A stretch of 64,000 nt of DNA from Nitrospinaceae bacterium (GTDB lineage Bacteria > Nitrospinota > Nitrospinia > Nitrospinales > Nitrospinaceae), in NCBI GenBank assembly GCA_965223665.1, contig OZ245011.1, forward strand, positions 2,048,001 to 2,112,000, written 5' to 3'. The position numbers and the translations under genes were made by a program. The notes beneath the pieces were generated by a model. The model was not told where the DNA came from, ran no database searches, and worked only from the letters and a program-made list of their open reading frames with translations. Below, piece by piece: positions 21,114 to 31,674 of this stretch. Numbering within the stretch: position 1 is the first letter of the stretch; every line of letters starts with the position of its first letter.

Positions 21114-22532
21114 TTAATTATCTTCAAACAAACTGCCGGCCACCCAGTCAATGCCTCCTGGAGCTGTTCGAGTAAGCCCCCCACTGACGCTGGACCTTAA
21201 TCCACTTGCAGTATTATTCTGTCCTCCACTGACACTTGATTGTCCACCATCGGCATTGTTAACAAAACCACCACTAATACTGGATTCCTCTCCACTAGCA
21301 ATGTTTCTTTCGCCTCCGCTGACGCTGGAACTTTGCCCGCGGGCAGAATTACCTGCCCCTCCGCTGATGCTTGAACTGCCACCACTTGCTGTATTGCCTT
21401 CTCCTCCGCTGACGCTGGAACTAATTCCACTTGCAGAATTAACCTGTCCTCCACTGACGCTGGACCTTAATCCACTGGCATTATTAAACGCTCCTCCACT
21501 GACGCTAGCCAACTCTCCACTTGCAGTATTAAGAAATCCTCCACTGACACTAGCGTAAGATGCAGAAGTGGCCGTGTTTTCAAATCCCCCCGAAACACTG
21601 GTATAGGGAGCATTGATCCAGTTGTCCTTAGCAACGACTAAACCGCCAAAGCTGGTGTAGTTGTGACCATGGCCAATGACTACATTGTGTGAACCGGATT
21701 TATCAGTTGCAGGAGTACCGTCCCCGTTATAAGGATTGATGTGTTCGTTATAACCGACGATGAGATTCCCTAAACCATTGACCGTTCCGCTATTGCTATC
21801 CGGATCACCCGGGTTGCCATTGGTGGCGCCGAGGCCATTTTCAATGTGAACATTCACGCCAGTAAAGTGAATACCGCTTCCGTTACGTGTGACATTAGCT
21901 AACAAGTTTTCGAGATAGGCCACCCGTTCTTCCAGCGTTTGTCCATTGGTGGTGTAAGTCACTTCCAGTGTGGGCGCAGAGCCCTGCGATTCGTTGGAAT
22001 CCATAACAATGCCGTTATTCGTGCCCCCCGTGCGGAGGATCAGGCCATTGTTCGGAATCGATCCGTCCACCCAGCCCTGAACCAGTGCAACGCCGCTGGC
22101 GTTCAGCACGCTTATCCCCACACCGGACGTAAACGGCGGAACCGTGGCGAGCACGGTAGGGCCTTGATCCAAATCGTTCCAATCCACCGTTGCTTCCGAC
22201 CAAGCGGAGTCCTGCGAATAAAAGTTATAAACTCCGGAACTGTTATTCGTGTAATTAAACGAAACCGAAGCACCGGTCACCGTTGCACTCGCTGGGATAG
22301 AAGAGATGTCCCATTGCACTATTGTGACAATTTCCCCATAAGTGCCGGTATCGGGATCCTGACTTACACCATCGGCAAGGAGAACGGTTTCGCTGCCATA
22401 ATTTTTTGTGGGAGACGTGCTCCGGGCATAACTGTCTTCCGCGTTGGTAAAAGTATCAGTCACCGCAAAAGCCGGAGAGTTAAAAAGGAAAAAGAAAGAA
22501 ATAATGAAGGCTTGATATAAGAATCCGGGCAT
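21114..22532 (-). CDS. Secreted DNRLRE-like + SSVSGG repeat protein (10 repeats)
   Basis: Same architecture, ends DWVAGSLFEDN. Confidence 0.85.
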   Translation of the reverse strand: MPGFLYQAFIISFFFLFNSPAFAVTDTFTNAEDSYARSTSPTKNYGSETVLLADGVSQDPDTGTYGEIVTIVQWDISSIPASATVTGASVSFNYTNNSSGVYNFYSQDSAWSEATVDWNDLDQGPTVLATVPPFTSGVGISVLNASGVALVQGWVDGSIPNNGLILRTGGTNNGIVMDSNESQGSAPTLEVTYTTNGQTLEERVAYLENLLANVTRNGSGIHFTGVNVHIENGLGATNGNPGDPDSNSGTVNGLGNLIVGYNEHINPYNGDGTPATDKSGSHNVVIGHGHNYTSFGGLVVAKDNWINAPYTSVSGGFENTATSASYASVSGGFLNTASGELASVSGGAFNNASGLRSSVSGGQVNSASGISSSVSGGEGNTASGGSSSISGGAGNSARGQSSSVSGGERNIASGEESSISGGFVNNADGGQSSVSGGQNNTASGLRSSVSGGLTRTAPGGIDWVAGSLFEDN

Positions 22533-22846
22533 AATCCCCTCCTCAAGGTATATATTTTCCTGTGGAATTTAGGGGATTGAAAACTGGAAGACAATAGCAC
22601 AAAAGTGCCATTTAATTTTGCCCCTCTTGTCAATAGCCCTTTTTAGTCATTTTTTCCTGTTTTACCTGTGTTTTTACTTCAAACTTGATCTTTCGCAAGT
22701 TCCCTAAAACAAAGGCTTTTTTGAAAAAAAACTTAAAAACGGACTTTTTAGTTAGGCAGCCAAAATTTTTTAACGCAAAAACGGTATTCTTTTCTTTACA
22801 ATCGCTTTTTCCGAAATATAATTTCACCTAACCGTTAAGCTTTTCT

Positions 22847-24034
22847 ATGGATTACGAATCTGCAGGAGGGGCAATAGTGATTTCGGAAAGCGCTTTATCG
22901 GAACCCGATTACCTTAAAATTATTGAGATCATAAACGAGTTGCAACTTTGTGACACCACGGAAAAACTGGATGACCTGGTCCGTGATGTCATTGCTCCCA
23001 CCTTCAATATCCAGCAACTTCAATTTGTTTGGACAGACCTGGATTTCTCCGATAAATCCGCCAATAAAATTACTGCCAGTTACGGGCATGGAATTTCCAA
23101 AAGAGAATCTCAAATTGGCGAGCAGGCCACCCCCTATTTTAAATCTATAGTCCAAACCGCCATTACTTCGCAGCGTCCGGTGTTGGCACACGATATTGAT
23201 ATTCCCCAGGATCAAACCGAAGCAGAAGTGCAGGAATTTCTCTCCATTCACCCGGAGATTTATAATGAAATTATGCAATCCGAAACCATTCTTAGGAATT
23301 CAAAAAACCGAAGGTATCTCCTCCTGCTCAATCCCCCGGAACTAAGCACCTGTATTAACCTGACGCGGCATTACCCGAATGACACACCGTTTACCTTACG
23401 CGAAGTGCGCATGGCCGAATTGCTGCGTCCCAGTTTTTTGCATTGCTTAAAGTTTATTTCTCTCAATGAAGAATTAAAAAATTACCAGTCGCTTTCCGAG
23501 GAATTGAGCAGAGTCGATACCGCCATGGCGATGGTCAACCCGCAGGGGTTTATTGTGTTCGGAAATCCTGCGTTTCAAAACCTGATGGAATTACAACAGG
23601 GTGACATCTTGCCGGAAGATATGCTGGAACTCATTAAGCAGCGCGACGATGTATATTCGCCAACAGAAGATTTATCACAGAATGCGCCGGACCTTACTTT
23701 TTATAGAATTCACCGGGAAGTATACCGCCTCAGTTGGACTCGATTGAAGCGTCCCGGCAAACCGGAGGACCGCTGCTGGCTGCTGCGCATGAAACCGGCG
23801 GTGGAACCGTTTTCAAAATCCAGCCTGGCAATGCAGGATGCCGACTTGTCTCCGCGGGAAATCGAAATCACTACACTCATCTGTGACGGATTTTCTAATG
23901 ACGATATTTCGGCGCGGTTGTTCATCAGTGAACACACGGTGAAAAACCACATCAAAAACATTTTCAAAAAATTCGGAATCAACAAACGGTTGCAGTTGAT
24001 GAACCTGCTCAAACCCGTGGAGGTTCAACAATGA
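22847..24034 (+). CDS. LuxR-family transcriptional regulator (N-terminal sensor, PAS-like middle)
   Basis: C-terminal LSPREIEI...GFSN..I..RLFISEHTVKNHIKNIFKK HTH. Confidence 0.9.
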   Translation: MDYESAGGAIVISESALSEPDYLKIIEIINELQLCDTTEKLDDLVRDVIAPTFNIQQLQFVWTDLDFSDKSANKITASYGHGISKRESQIGEQATPYFKSIVQTAITSQRPVLAHDIDIPQDQTEAEVQEFLSIHPEIYNEIMQSETILRNSKNRRYLLLLNPPELSTCINLTRHYPNDTPFTLREVRMAELLRPSFLHCLKFISLNEELKNYQSLSEELSRVDTAMAMVNPQGFIVFGNPAFQNLMELQQGDILPEDMLELIKQRDDVYSPTEDLSQNAPDLTFYRIHREVYRLSWTRLKRPGKPEDRCWLLRMKPAVEPFSKSSLAMQDADLSPREIEITTLICDGFSNDDISARLFISEHTVKNHIKNIFKKFGINKRLQLMNLLKPVEVQQ

Positions 24035-25188
24035 ACCATCCTCACACCCGCGAAGCCATTGGCCTGGAGGAAAATGATTATCTTAAAGTCATCGAGATCA
24101 TGCATGGACTCCAGCAAAGTGACAGCAAGGAAAAACTGGATAACCTGGTCCGTGATGTCATCGCGCCCACTTTTAATATTCAACAGGTATTCTTTATTTA
24201 TTTAGAATGGGATTTAAAAAATAAAATCTTAAAGAACCCGACCTCTACGGGATATGCATATGGATTAACATCGTCCAAAGAAATGGAGCTGGCAAACAAA
24301 GTGAATCCCTACATGAAAAGTATTGCGGAAAAAGTTGCCACTACCTTAAGGCCAGTCATTTCGCACGATGTCGATATTCCTCAACAATCACTAGAAAATG
24401 ATTTAGAAAATTTTTTTGGAGACCACCCACAATTTGATCGCAAAGAAATAGGGCCTGCGGGAATATCCCGCAGGATGCTTTTGACTTTTAATCCCCCGGA
24501 ATTAAATACCTGCATTTCCATGGCCCGACATTACCCGAACAACACACCGTTTACATTGCGGGAAGTACGGATGAGTGAGTTGTTGCGTCCCAGTTTTATG
24601 CATAGTCTGAAATTTATTTCTCTCAATGAAGAACTGAAAAATTATCAGTCTCTTTCCGAAACGCTGAGTCAAACCAGTACCGCCATGGCCATGGTCAACC
24701 CTCATGGGTTTATCGTGTTCGATAATCAGGCGTTTCAAGATTTAATGGAATTGGAACAGGGTGACACTCTGCCAGAGAACATGCTGGAATTAATTAAGCA
24801 ACGCGACGATGTGTATTCGCCAACTGAGGATTTATCGCGCAATTCCCCGGACCTGACTTTTTATAGAATCCACAAAGAAGTGTATCGAATGAGTTGGACT
24901 CGGTTAAAACGTCCCGGCAAACCGGAGGATCGCTGCTGGTTACTCCGCATGAAACCGGCGGTGGAACCCTATTCGCAAACCAGCTTGGCAATGCAGGATG
25001 CCGACTTGTCGCCGCGGGAAATCGAAATCACCACACTCATTTGCGACGGCTTCTCAAATGAAATGATTGCGCGGCGGTTATTCATCAGCGAGCACACTGT
25101 CAAAAACCACATCAAAAATATTTTCAAAAAATTCAACATCAACAAACGACTGCAATTGGTCAACCAATTAAAGAATAACGGAAATTGA
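24031..25188 (+). CDS. LuxR-family transcriptional regulator, tandem paralogue
   Basis: Same HTH. C-terminal half nearly identical to the previous gene, ATGA overlap. Confidence 0.9.
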   Translation: MNHPHTREAIGLEENDYLKVIEIMHGLQQSDSKEKLDNLVRDVIAPTFNIQQVFFIYLEWDLKNKILKNPTSTGYAYGLTSSKEMELANKVNPYMKSIAEKVATTLRPVISHDVDIPQQSLENDLENFFGDHPQFDRKEIGPAGISRRMLLTFNPPELNTCISMARHYPNNTPFTLREVRMSELLRPSFMHSLKFISLNEELKNYQSLSETLSQTSTAMAMVNPHGFIVFDNQAFQDLMELEQGDTLPENMLELIKQRDDVYSPTEDLSRNSPDLTFYRIHKEVYRMSWTRLKRPGKPEDRCWLLRMKPAVEPYSQTSLAMQDADLSPREIEITTLICDGFSNEMIARRLFISEHTVKNHIKNIFKKFNINKRLQLVNQLKNNGN

Positions 25189-25189
25189 A

Positions 25190-26011
25190 ATGACTTTTAA
25201 TATTGTCAATAAAATTAGCATTGTGTTCCTTGTCTGCCTTTGGTTCTTGATGTTTTCGTCAGGCCAACTTTCTTCCGCCCGGGCGCTAACTCCGGAAGAA
25301 AAAGGAAAAGCCCTGGCTTTTAAAACCGAAGAAATCCATTTCGATGACTATGTTGACGCCCTTGCAAGAGGTGAAATGCACCTCATCAAACCTAATGGGA
25401 AAGAGGTGGTGCGAGACTTTCTGATTAAAGTATTGGTGACTCCTGGGGACGGGGAAAAAACCATTACCCAATTTTTAAGTCCGGCAGATGTCAAGGGGGT
25501 GACTCTTTTGTCGGTGACGCACAAATTCAAATTTGATGACATCTGGTTGTACATTCCCGACTTGAGGCGCGTCAAACGTATCAGTTCCCAGAATAAAGGC
25601 AGTGGCGTCATGGGTTCCGAATTCGTCAATGAAGATCTGGGGCGGCAGGAACCGGAAAAGTTCACTTACAGATGGCTGGAAGAAAAACCCTGTGGCGATT
25701 TGATGTGCGATTTGATTGAGCGTGTTCCGGTAGAGAAAAGTACCATCTATTCGAAACAAATCATGTGGCTGGATCAGAAGCGACACTTTTATCATAAGTT
25801 TGAATTTTATGACAAGCAGGGTCGGTTCTTAAAAACTCTGCAAATGGAAAATGTAAATATAGTGGATGGAAAATATTGGCGTTGGAGTGCGCATAAAATG
25901 ACAAACCATCTGACCGGAGAAGTAACGCACATTTTCTTTAAAGATTGGAAGTTTAACAGCGGTATCAATAAATTCGAGTTTACTGTTCAAGGTTTAAAAA
26001 ATTCTCGCTGA
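25190..26011 (+). CDS. Outer-membrane lipoprotein-sorting (LolA-like) protein
   Basis: FLSPADVKG, DDIWLYIPDLRRVKRIS, MGSEFVNEDL, EFYDKQG..LK motifs, signal peptide. Confidence 0.85.
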   Translation: MTFNIVNKISIVFLVCLWFLMFSSGQLSSARALTPEEKGKALAFKTEEIHFDDYVDALARGEMHLIKPNGKEVVRDFLIKVLVTPGDGEKTITQFLSPADVKGVTLLSVTHKFKFDDIWLYIPDLRRVKRISSQNKGSGVMGSEFVNEDLGRQEPEKFTYRWLEEKPCGDLMCDLIERVPVEKSTIYSKQIMWLDQKRHFYHKFEFYDKQGRFLKTLQMENVNIVDGKYWRWSAHKMTNHLTGEVTHIFFKDWKFNSGINKFEFTVQGLKNSR

Positions 26012-26060
26012 AATTTGATTTGGAACTTAATACCATTACTAATTAATTACGGTCGTTCAT

Positions 26061-27281
26061 TTGAAATTCGTCACATCGCGGATATTCAATTTAAACCAAC
26101 TCATTGTTCATTTTCTATTAGGGGCGTTTTTATTTGGCAGTGTTCCCACTTGGGCATCCGACCTTCGTGGCTTCGTGGAAGGTGAAGCACGACTGTTCCC
26201 AAACGATCCGGTGCTTCCAGGACAAAGAGACCAGCAGTTTTCCTTTCGATTATCTCCTGAGATTTATCATCAGTTCGACAATGGCGCCCAGTTTTATTTC
26301 ATACCTTATTTTCGATTGGACAGCGCTGACTCTGAGCGAACGCATTTTGATTTGCGCGAGTTGGATATTCTATATTCGATAGAACGTTGGCAGCTTCGTT
26401 TCGGCGTGCGCAAAGTGTTTTGGGGTGTGACCGAGGTGTTTCATCTGGTAGACATTGTGAACCAAACCGATCTCGTGGACAATCCCAACTTTGAAGAAAA
26501 GCTGGGCCAGCCCATGTTCAACTTAGTTTACAACACTGACTTTGGAACTCTTGAGTTTTTCGTCCTTCCCTATTTTCGAGAAAGAACTTTTCCAGGCAGC
26601 AAAGGGAGGCTTCGCCCACCACTGGTCATAGACACAGACAACCCCGTATACGAAAGCTCGGCAGAAGAGTGGCACACCGATTTTGCAGCTCGGTATTTTG
26701 TAATCTGGGATAAATTAGATTTAGGCATTTCTTATTTTGTCGGGACCAGTCGCGATCCCACTTTTAATGTTGGTTTCAAAAATGGCGAGTTAGTGTTGAT
26801 TCCTTTTTATGAACAAATTCAACAATTCAGCATCGACACGTTATACGTTTATAAACGCTGGATCTTTAAACTGGAAGCCTTATACCGAATGGACATGCGG
26901 CCCATGGACTACTTTGCTACCACGTTTGGTTTCGAATATACGTTCTCGGGAATTTGGGGCTCCATTATGGATTTGGGTGTGTTGGTGGAGTATATGTACG
27001 ATGAACGTGGAGCCCAATCCATTTTTCCGTTTCAAAACGATTTAACCTTTGGCATGCGATGGGCTATGAATGATATAAATGGAATCGAGTTTTTAGTCGC
27101 CTTCGTTCAGGATTTGGAGTATCCCTCGAAGTTTGTTTTTGCAGAAGCCAGTTCCCGTTTGACCGAACATTGGCGCTGGACGGTGGAAGCCCAGATCTTT
27201 ATGGACCAACCTCCCTCGGATCTCTTCTTTTTCTTACGCAATGACGACTTTGTCAAACTTTCCCTGGCTTATCATTTTTAA
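26061..27281 (+). CDS. Predicted outer-membrane beta-barrel of the type found beside LolA-like genes
   Basis: Signal peptide, DLREL, G.RKVFWG, DIVNQTD motifs, amphipathic strands, C-terminal LSLAYHF. Confidence 0.8.
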   Translation: MKFVTSRIFNLNQLIVHFLLGAFLFGSVPTWASDLRGFVEGEARLFPNDPVLPGQRDQQFSFRLSPEIYHQFDNGAQFYFIPYFRLDSADSERTHFDLRELDILYSIERWQLRFGVRKVFWGVTEVFHLVDIVNQTDLVDNPNFEEKLGQPMFNLVYNTDFGTLEFFVLPYFRERTFPGSKGRLRPPLVIDTDNPVYESSAEEWHTDFAARYFVIWDKLDLGISYFVGTSRDPTFNVGFKNGELVLIPFYEQIQQFSIDTLYVYKRWIFKLEALYRMDMRPMDYFATTFGFEYTFSGIWGSIMDLGVLVEYMYDERGAQSIFPFQNDLTFGMRWAMNDINGIEFLVAFVQDLEYPSKFVFAEASSRLTEHWRWTVEAQIFMDQPPSDLFFFLRNDDFVKLSLAYHF

Positions 27282-27397
27282 AAACTTCCAGAACATCTCG
27301 AAATTTTCAAAAAAATAAGGAGGAAAAAGGATTCATAAATGTTTGAAATGGAAAACAAATACATTTTATGAACCATTTTCTCCTCAATTATTTATCG

Positions 27398-28768
27398 CTA
27401 AAAATTCTCAAACAAACTGCCGGCGACCCAGTCATTATCTCCCGGAGCCGTGCGTGAAAGACCTCCGCCGACGCTGGACTGAGTTCCACTTGCGGTATTT
27501 CCATTTCCACCACTCACACTGGAGACGGCTCCACTGGCCGTATTACCACCCCCTCCAAGTACACTGGCACCCACTGCACTGGCCACATTACCAAATCCTC
27601 CACTGACACTGGCGCGGAATCCGCTTGCCGTATTGCCATCACCTCCCAGAACGCTGGCGCCATCGTTATTGGCTGTATTATTATGTCCTCCGCTGACACT
27701 GGCGCGGGAGGCACTTGCCGTATTGTCAAATCCTCCGCTGACGCTGGCGTAAAAGGCACTTGCCGTATTCAGGAGTCCCGCACTGACGCTGGAGGTGAAC
27801 CCACTTGCTGTGTTTTGAGTTCCCCCACTGACACTGGAATAGGGCGCGGTGGTCTGATTATATCTACCCGCTACTAATGTTCCGAAACTGGTATAGTTAT
27901 TTCCAAAACCGATGACCACATTGTGGGAACCACTTTTGTCAGATGCCGGAGTACCGTCTCCATTGTAAGCGAAAATGGTTTCATCATAGCCGACGATAAG
28001 ATTGCCCAGACCATTGACGATTCCGGTAAATGTGTTGTCGGGATCCGAGGGATCGCCATTGGTGGAGCCTAATCCATTTCGGATATGAACGTTTACTCCG
28101 TCATAAAAAATGTCGTTGCCACTGCGAGTCACTCCTGCCAATAGAGCTTTCAAGGCATCGATTTCGGCTTGCAATGATTCAAGGGTAGGAGTGCCCCCGG
28201 TGTAAGTGACTTCCAGTGTCGGAGTAGTTCCGCCCGCTTCTCGGGAATCCATATCAATTCCATTCGTGGTTCCAGCTGTCCGGATGGTAATCCCGTTGTT
28301 GTCAAATCCGCCATCTAACCAGCCTTGAACCAAATTCACGCCGTGCACATTTAAAGGAATGGTAACTTGTCCTAAACTGAATGCGGGAATCACTCCGCGA
28401 ACCAATGCCGACCCGGACAAATCACTCCAATTAACCGTTCCTTCACTCCAGGCAGTGTTTTGCCGAATAATATTGTAGGCACCGCTACTCGCATCAAACA
28501 AATCAAGAATAATAGAAGCCGAAGTCACCGTAGCACCCGAAGGAATAGTCGACAAATCCCATTTAATGACGATCGCTTTTTCACCTCCGGAACCATCATC
28601 TCCATCGGCTTCAAGCGCCGTATCATTTCCAAAATTAGATCCCGGATTTGTTTCACTTATAAAACTATCCTCTGTTGCTTTGAATTGACTTGTGACTGCA
28701 AATGCGGAAACATTTATGAACATCAAAAATAAACTAATGACAAGATGGAACCTCCAAAATTTTCTCAT
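27398..28768 (-). CDS. Secreted DNRLRE-like + SSVSGG repeat protein (9 repeats)
   Basis: Same architecture, ends DWVAGSLFENF. Confidence 0.85.
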   Translation of the reverse strand: MRKFWRFHLVISLFLMFINVSAFAVTSQFKATEDSFISETNPGSNFGNDTALEADGDDGSGGEKAIVIKWDLSTIPSGATVTSASIILDLFDASSGAYNIIRQNTAWSEGTVNWSDLSGSALVRGVIPAFSLGQVTIPLNVHGVNLVQGWLDGGFDNNGITIRTAGTTNGIDMDSREAGGTTPTLEVTYTGGTPTLESLQAEIDALKALLAGVTRSGNDIFYDGVNVHIRNGLGSTNGDPSDPDNTFTGIVNGLGNLIVGYDETIFAYNGDGTPASDKSGSHNVVIGFGNNYTSFGTLVAGRYNQTTAPYSSVSGGTQNTASGFTSSVSAGLLNTASAFYASVSGGFDNTASASRASVSGGHNNTANNDGASVLGGDGNTASGFRASVSGGFGNVASAVGASVLGGGGNTASGAVSSVSGGNGNTASGTQSSVGGGLSRTAPGDNDWVAGSLFENF

Positions 28769-28821
28769 CTTCTGACTCCCTCCAAAGAAAAATAAACGAG
28801 CGAAATATTTTTTAAGTGGAT

Positions 28822-28890
28822 GTTAATAATTTTCAAACAAACTTTCGACCACCGCGTCTTGAACAACTGTACGATTGACTCCACTGTTGC
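28822..28890 (-). pseudogene. Degenerate 3' remnant of another SSVSGG-family gene
   Basis: Reads RTVVQDAVVESLFENY*, matching the family ending RT....DWVAGSLFENF*. Confidence 0.5.
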
Positions 28891-29385
28891 CATGGAAAGA
28901 ATTTTTACAAGCAACGTAGAACGCCCAACCCCTCATGCAAATAATGTTCTGAGGAATTTGGGGAATTGAAAAATAAAATGTAATCGTGAGGAAATGCTAT
29001 CTTTATTACACTCTCTTGTCAACGTTCTGGAAAAACCTTTCTTTCGGCTCAATAGGTGTTTAGTTATCCAGACGTATCTATTCGAAAGCAAAGGTTTTTT
29101 TGAAAATTGACTCATCGTTTAATTTTTCTCAAATTAAAAATTTTCAGAGAAAAAAATCAACAATCCCTCCTTTCGAAGATATTTAGGGTATCCGTAAATA
29201 ATGTTCCTGGTGCCATTGAAACCGGGAGACATCCAGGGAATCCCTTCCAAAAGGAACGTTTCCTCCCATAAATTCTTTCAGGATTTTTTTACCGAGTTCG
29301 GCGTTGTTTATATGGATCATCCGTGCTAGGATTTTGTAAAATCAGTCCTATCCATTCGCTTAAACTCATTCTGAGGGGGGAAATC

Positions 29386-30417
29386 ATGTTTTTTATCACC
29401 AATCGTACCATTGAAGAAGAACCGTTAAGCTCCGAACAATTGGCAAAGAAAAAGTCGCCCCGCCCCATCAAATTCAAAATGGATGATAACCAGGCAGGAC
29501 ACTCGTTTTATTTTTGCGAACGTAAAAAGAAAGATCACTATGTAGAAATTGGCTCTTCCAAGGCCATGGAACTCATCCGTAAAATGAGTAAGGTCAAAAA
29601 TATTCTGCTTTATATTCACGGGTTCAACAACATGCCGGAGAAACATATCTTCCCTCGTGCTGCACAACTGCACAAATTTTTTAACCCGGGAAGATCCACT
29701 TCGGTGTTTGTGGTACCCGTCATTTGGCCATGCGATAACGACCTGGGTGTGATTAAAGATTATTGGGACGATCAAAAATCCGCTGACCAAAGCTCCTTCG
29801 CGTTTGCCCGCGTTCTTGAAACTTTTTTTCAGTGGCGGGAGGAACAAGCGGAAAAATGCCATAACGATCCTACGAACAAAGACGTAATGTGTGATATTCG
29901 CATCAATGTTCTTGCGCATTCGATGGGTAACCGCGTGTTCCGCGAAACCATCGTCAATTGGGCGAAGTACGATCGCGGTGGCAATGTTCCTCTCTTATTT
30001 CGCAACGTGTTCCTCGTCGCGGCTGATGTGGTTAACGAAACATTAGAGCGAGGTCGACCGGGTAACCTCATCACTCAAAGCGCCCGCAACGTTTCCGTGT
30101 ATTACGCCAGTGACGACCTGGCTCTGCGCGCCAGTAAGGTGTCCAACCTGAAAAACAAAGTGGCGTCGCGACGACTCGGGCATTCCGGGCCGGAAAATCT
30201 GGAACTGATTCCAAGAAACGTTTACTCCATCGATTGCGATGGCTACAACACCAAATACGATAAACCGGCAGGCCATACCTATTTTCTCGATAACGGCACC
30301 GGCAAGAAAAATAAACCGGGCGTGGTGTTCAAGCACATTCAACAAAGTATCGATACCGGACGCGTGGAGGTGAGCAATCCCGAAACCCGCACCCACGTCT
30401 TCGAAAAAACTAAATAG
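29386..30417 (+). CDS. Alpha/beta hydrolase, DUF900-like
   Basis: FITNR start, YIHGFN, WP, nucleophile AHSMGN, LVAAD, D.AL..S, RLG, HTY. RBS GAGGGG. Confidence 0.88.
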   Translation: MFFITNRTIEEEPLSSEQLAKKKSPRPIKFKMDDNQAGHSFYFCERKKKDHYVEIGSSKAMELIRKMSKVKNILLYIHGFNNMPEKHIFPRAAQLHKFFNPGRSTSVFVVPVIWPCDNDLGVIKDYWDDQKSADQSSFAFARVLETFFQWREEQAEKCHNDPTNKDVMCDIRINVLAHSMGNRVFRETIVNWAKYDRGGNVPLLFRNVFLVAADVVNETLERGRPGNLITQSARNVSVYYASDDLALRASKVSNLKNKVASRRLGHSGPENLELIPRNVYSIDCDGYNTKYDKPAGHTYFLDNGTGKKNKPGVVFKHIQQSIDTGRVEVSNPETRTHVFEKTK

Positions 30418-30420
30418 GCA

Positions 30421-30460
30421 GCCAGGCCCCGCCTGGAGGGAAAATTATTTTTCGATGATC
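30421..30460 (+). repeat. Hairpin motif GCCAGGCCCCGCCTGG..GG.A.AA.T..TTTTCGATG, also at 44372 and 48090
   Basis: Direct sequence comparison. It always lies a few bp after a hydrolase stop codon. Confidence 0.7.
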
Positions 30461-30570
30461 TGTAGTGAATGCAGAATGCCAGAAACTTTTCGATAAGTGA
30501 GTGGGTTCTATATATAGAGAATTACCTTCAGAATAAAATATTTGAGGAACAATTGAATTAAATGGTCGGG

Positions 30571-31674
30571 TTATGAGCTGAGTTCGGCCCAGGTGAGGGG
30601 AATCCATTTTTTGACGGAGGTGTGGGCTTGTTCTATTTCTTCGGGAGTCATTTGTTTTTCCAGGGTCTGTTTATTTTGTTCTGCTTCCTTACGTTTTTTT
30701 CCCTGAAGCCCTTCGGAAACTTCATTCGGTTGCAGAGACAGCGAAATCCACTTGTAGGCTCGGACCTTGTCTTTCGGTTGGGAGCGTCCTTCTTTATAAA
30801 TTAATCCCAGATGGTACTGTCCCAAAGAATTGCCCTGCTCGGCGGCGTAGGAATACCAGTGCCTCGCCTGTTTCATATCTTTGTCCGTGCCCAATCCGTT
30901 TTCATACATGCGGCCGCAGTTCACCTGAGAAACAGGGTCCCCCTGCTTGGAGCCCAACTCATACCACCACAACGCAATGCCATAATTCTGCGGCACTTCA
31001 ATTCCTGTTTCAAAAAAACGACCCATGGCCACCTGGGCCTCCGGATCTTTTTTCTTCGCGGCTTTTTTGTACCACTCCAAAGCCGTTTTGGTGTCTTTGG
31101 GAACTCCCAGTCCTTTTTCATACATGGACCCTAACCCTGTTTGGGATTTGGCCCACCCGCGGTCCGCCGCTTTGCGGTACCAGTCCAGGGCTTTTTGGTA
31201 ATCCTGCCCAACCGCAGTGCCTTCCACATACATGTTCGCCAGATTATTCTGCGCCAGCACGGATCCCTGCTCGGCCGATTTTGAAAACAGTTCAAAGGCT
31301 TTCTTCAAGTTTTTGGGTACGCCGCGTCCGCGTCGATGCATTTCCCCCAGTTCAAACTGACTCCAGGAGTTGTTCAGCTTGGCAGATCGCTGAAACCATT
31401 GCAGCGCTTTTTTTGTATCGTACGGGACGCCCAGCCGCATGCTGTAAATTTTTCCCAAATAATATTGCGCCTTGGCGTTTCCTTTTTCCGCCAGGGGAGA
31501 CAGCACCTTCAACGCCTCTTTATGCTGACCGGTCCGGAACATGCGCACACCCTTTTTATATTCCGGCGAGTACCTGGGTTTAGCAGATTGTTCTGCCATG
31601 GCTGAGCCAACGCAAAGACCAACCAAAAGCGTCATAGTGATAAAAATTAATTTTGTAAATGAAGAAAGTTTCAT
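30571..31674 (-). CDS. Secreted Sel1-like repeat protein
   Basis: Signal peptide, about 7 AQxxLGxMYxxGxGVxxDxxxAxxWY repeats. Confidence 0.92.
   Translation of the reverse strand: MKLSSFTKLIFITMTLLVGLCVGSAMAEQSAKPRYSPEYKKGVRMFRTGQHKEALKVLSPLAEKGNAKAQYYLGKIYSMRLGVPYDTKKALQWFQRSAKLNNSWSQFELGEMHRRGRGVPKNLKKAFELFSKSAEQGSVLAQNNLANMYVEGTAVGQDYQKALDWYRKAADRGWAKSQTGLGSMYEKGLGVPKDTKTALEWYKKAAKKKDPEAQVAMGRFFETGIEVPQNYGIALWWYELGSKQGDPVSQVNCGRMYENGLGTDKDMKQARHWYSYAAEQGNSLGQYHLGLIYKEGRSQPKDKVRAYKWISLSLQPNEVSEGLQGKKRKEAEQNKQTLEKQMTPEEIEQAHTSVKKWIPLTWAELSS

Noticed and set aside
21151-21558. PPLTL-repeat ORFs (also at 19829, 56693, 63061)
   Set aside because: They are antisense translations of the SVSGG repeats.
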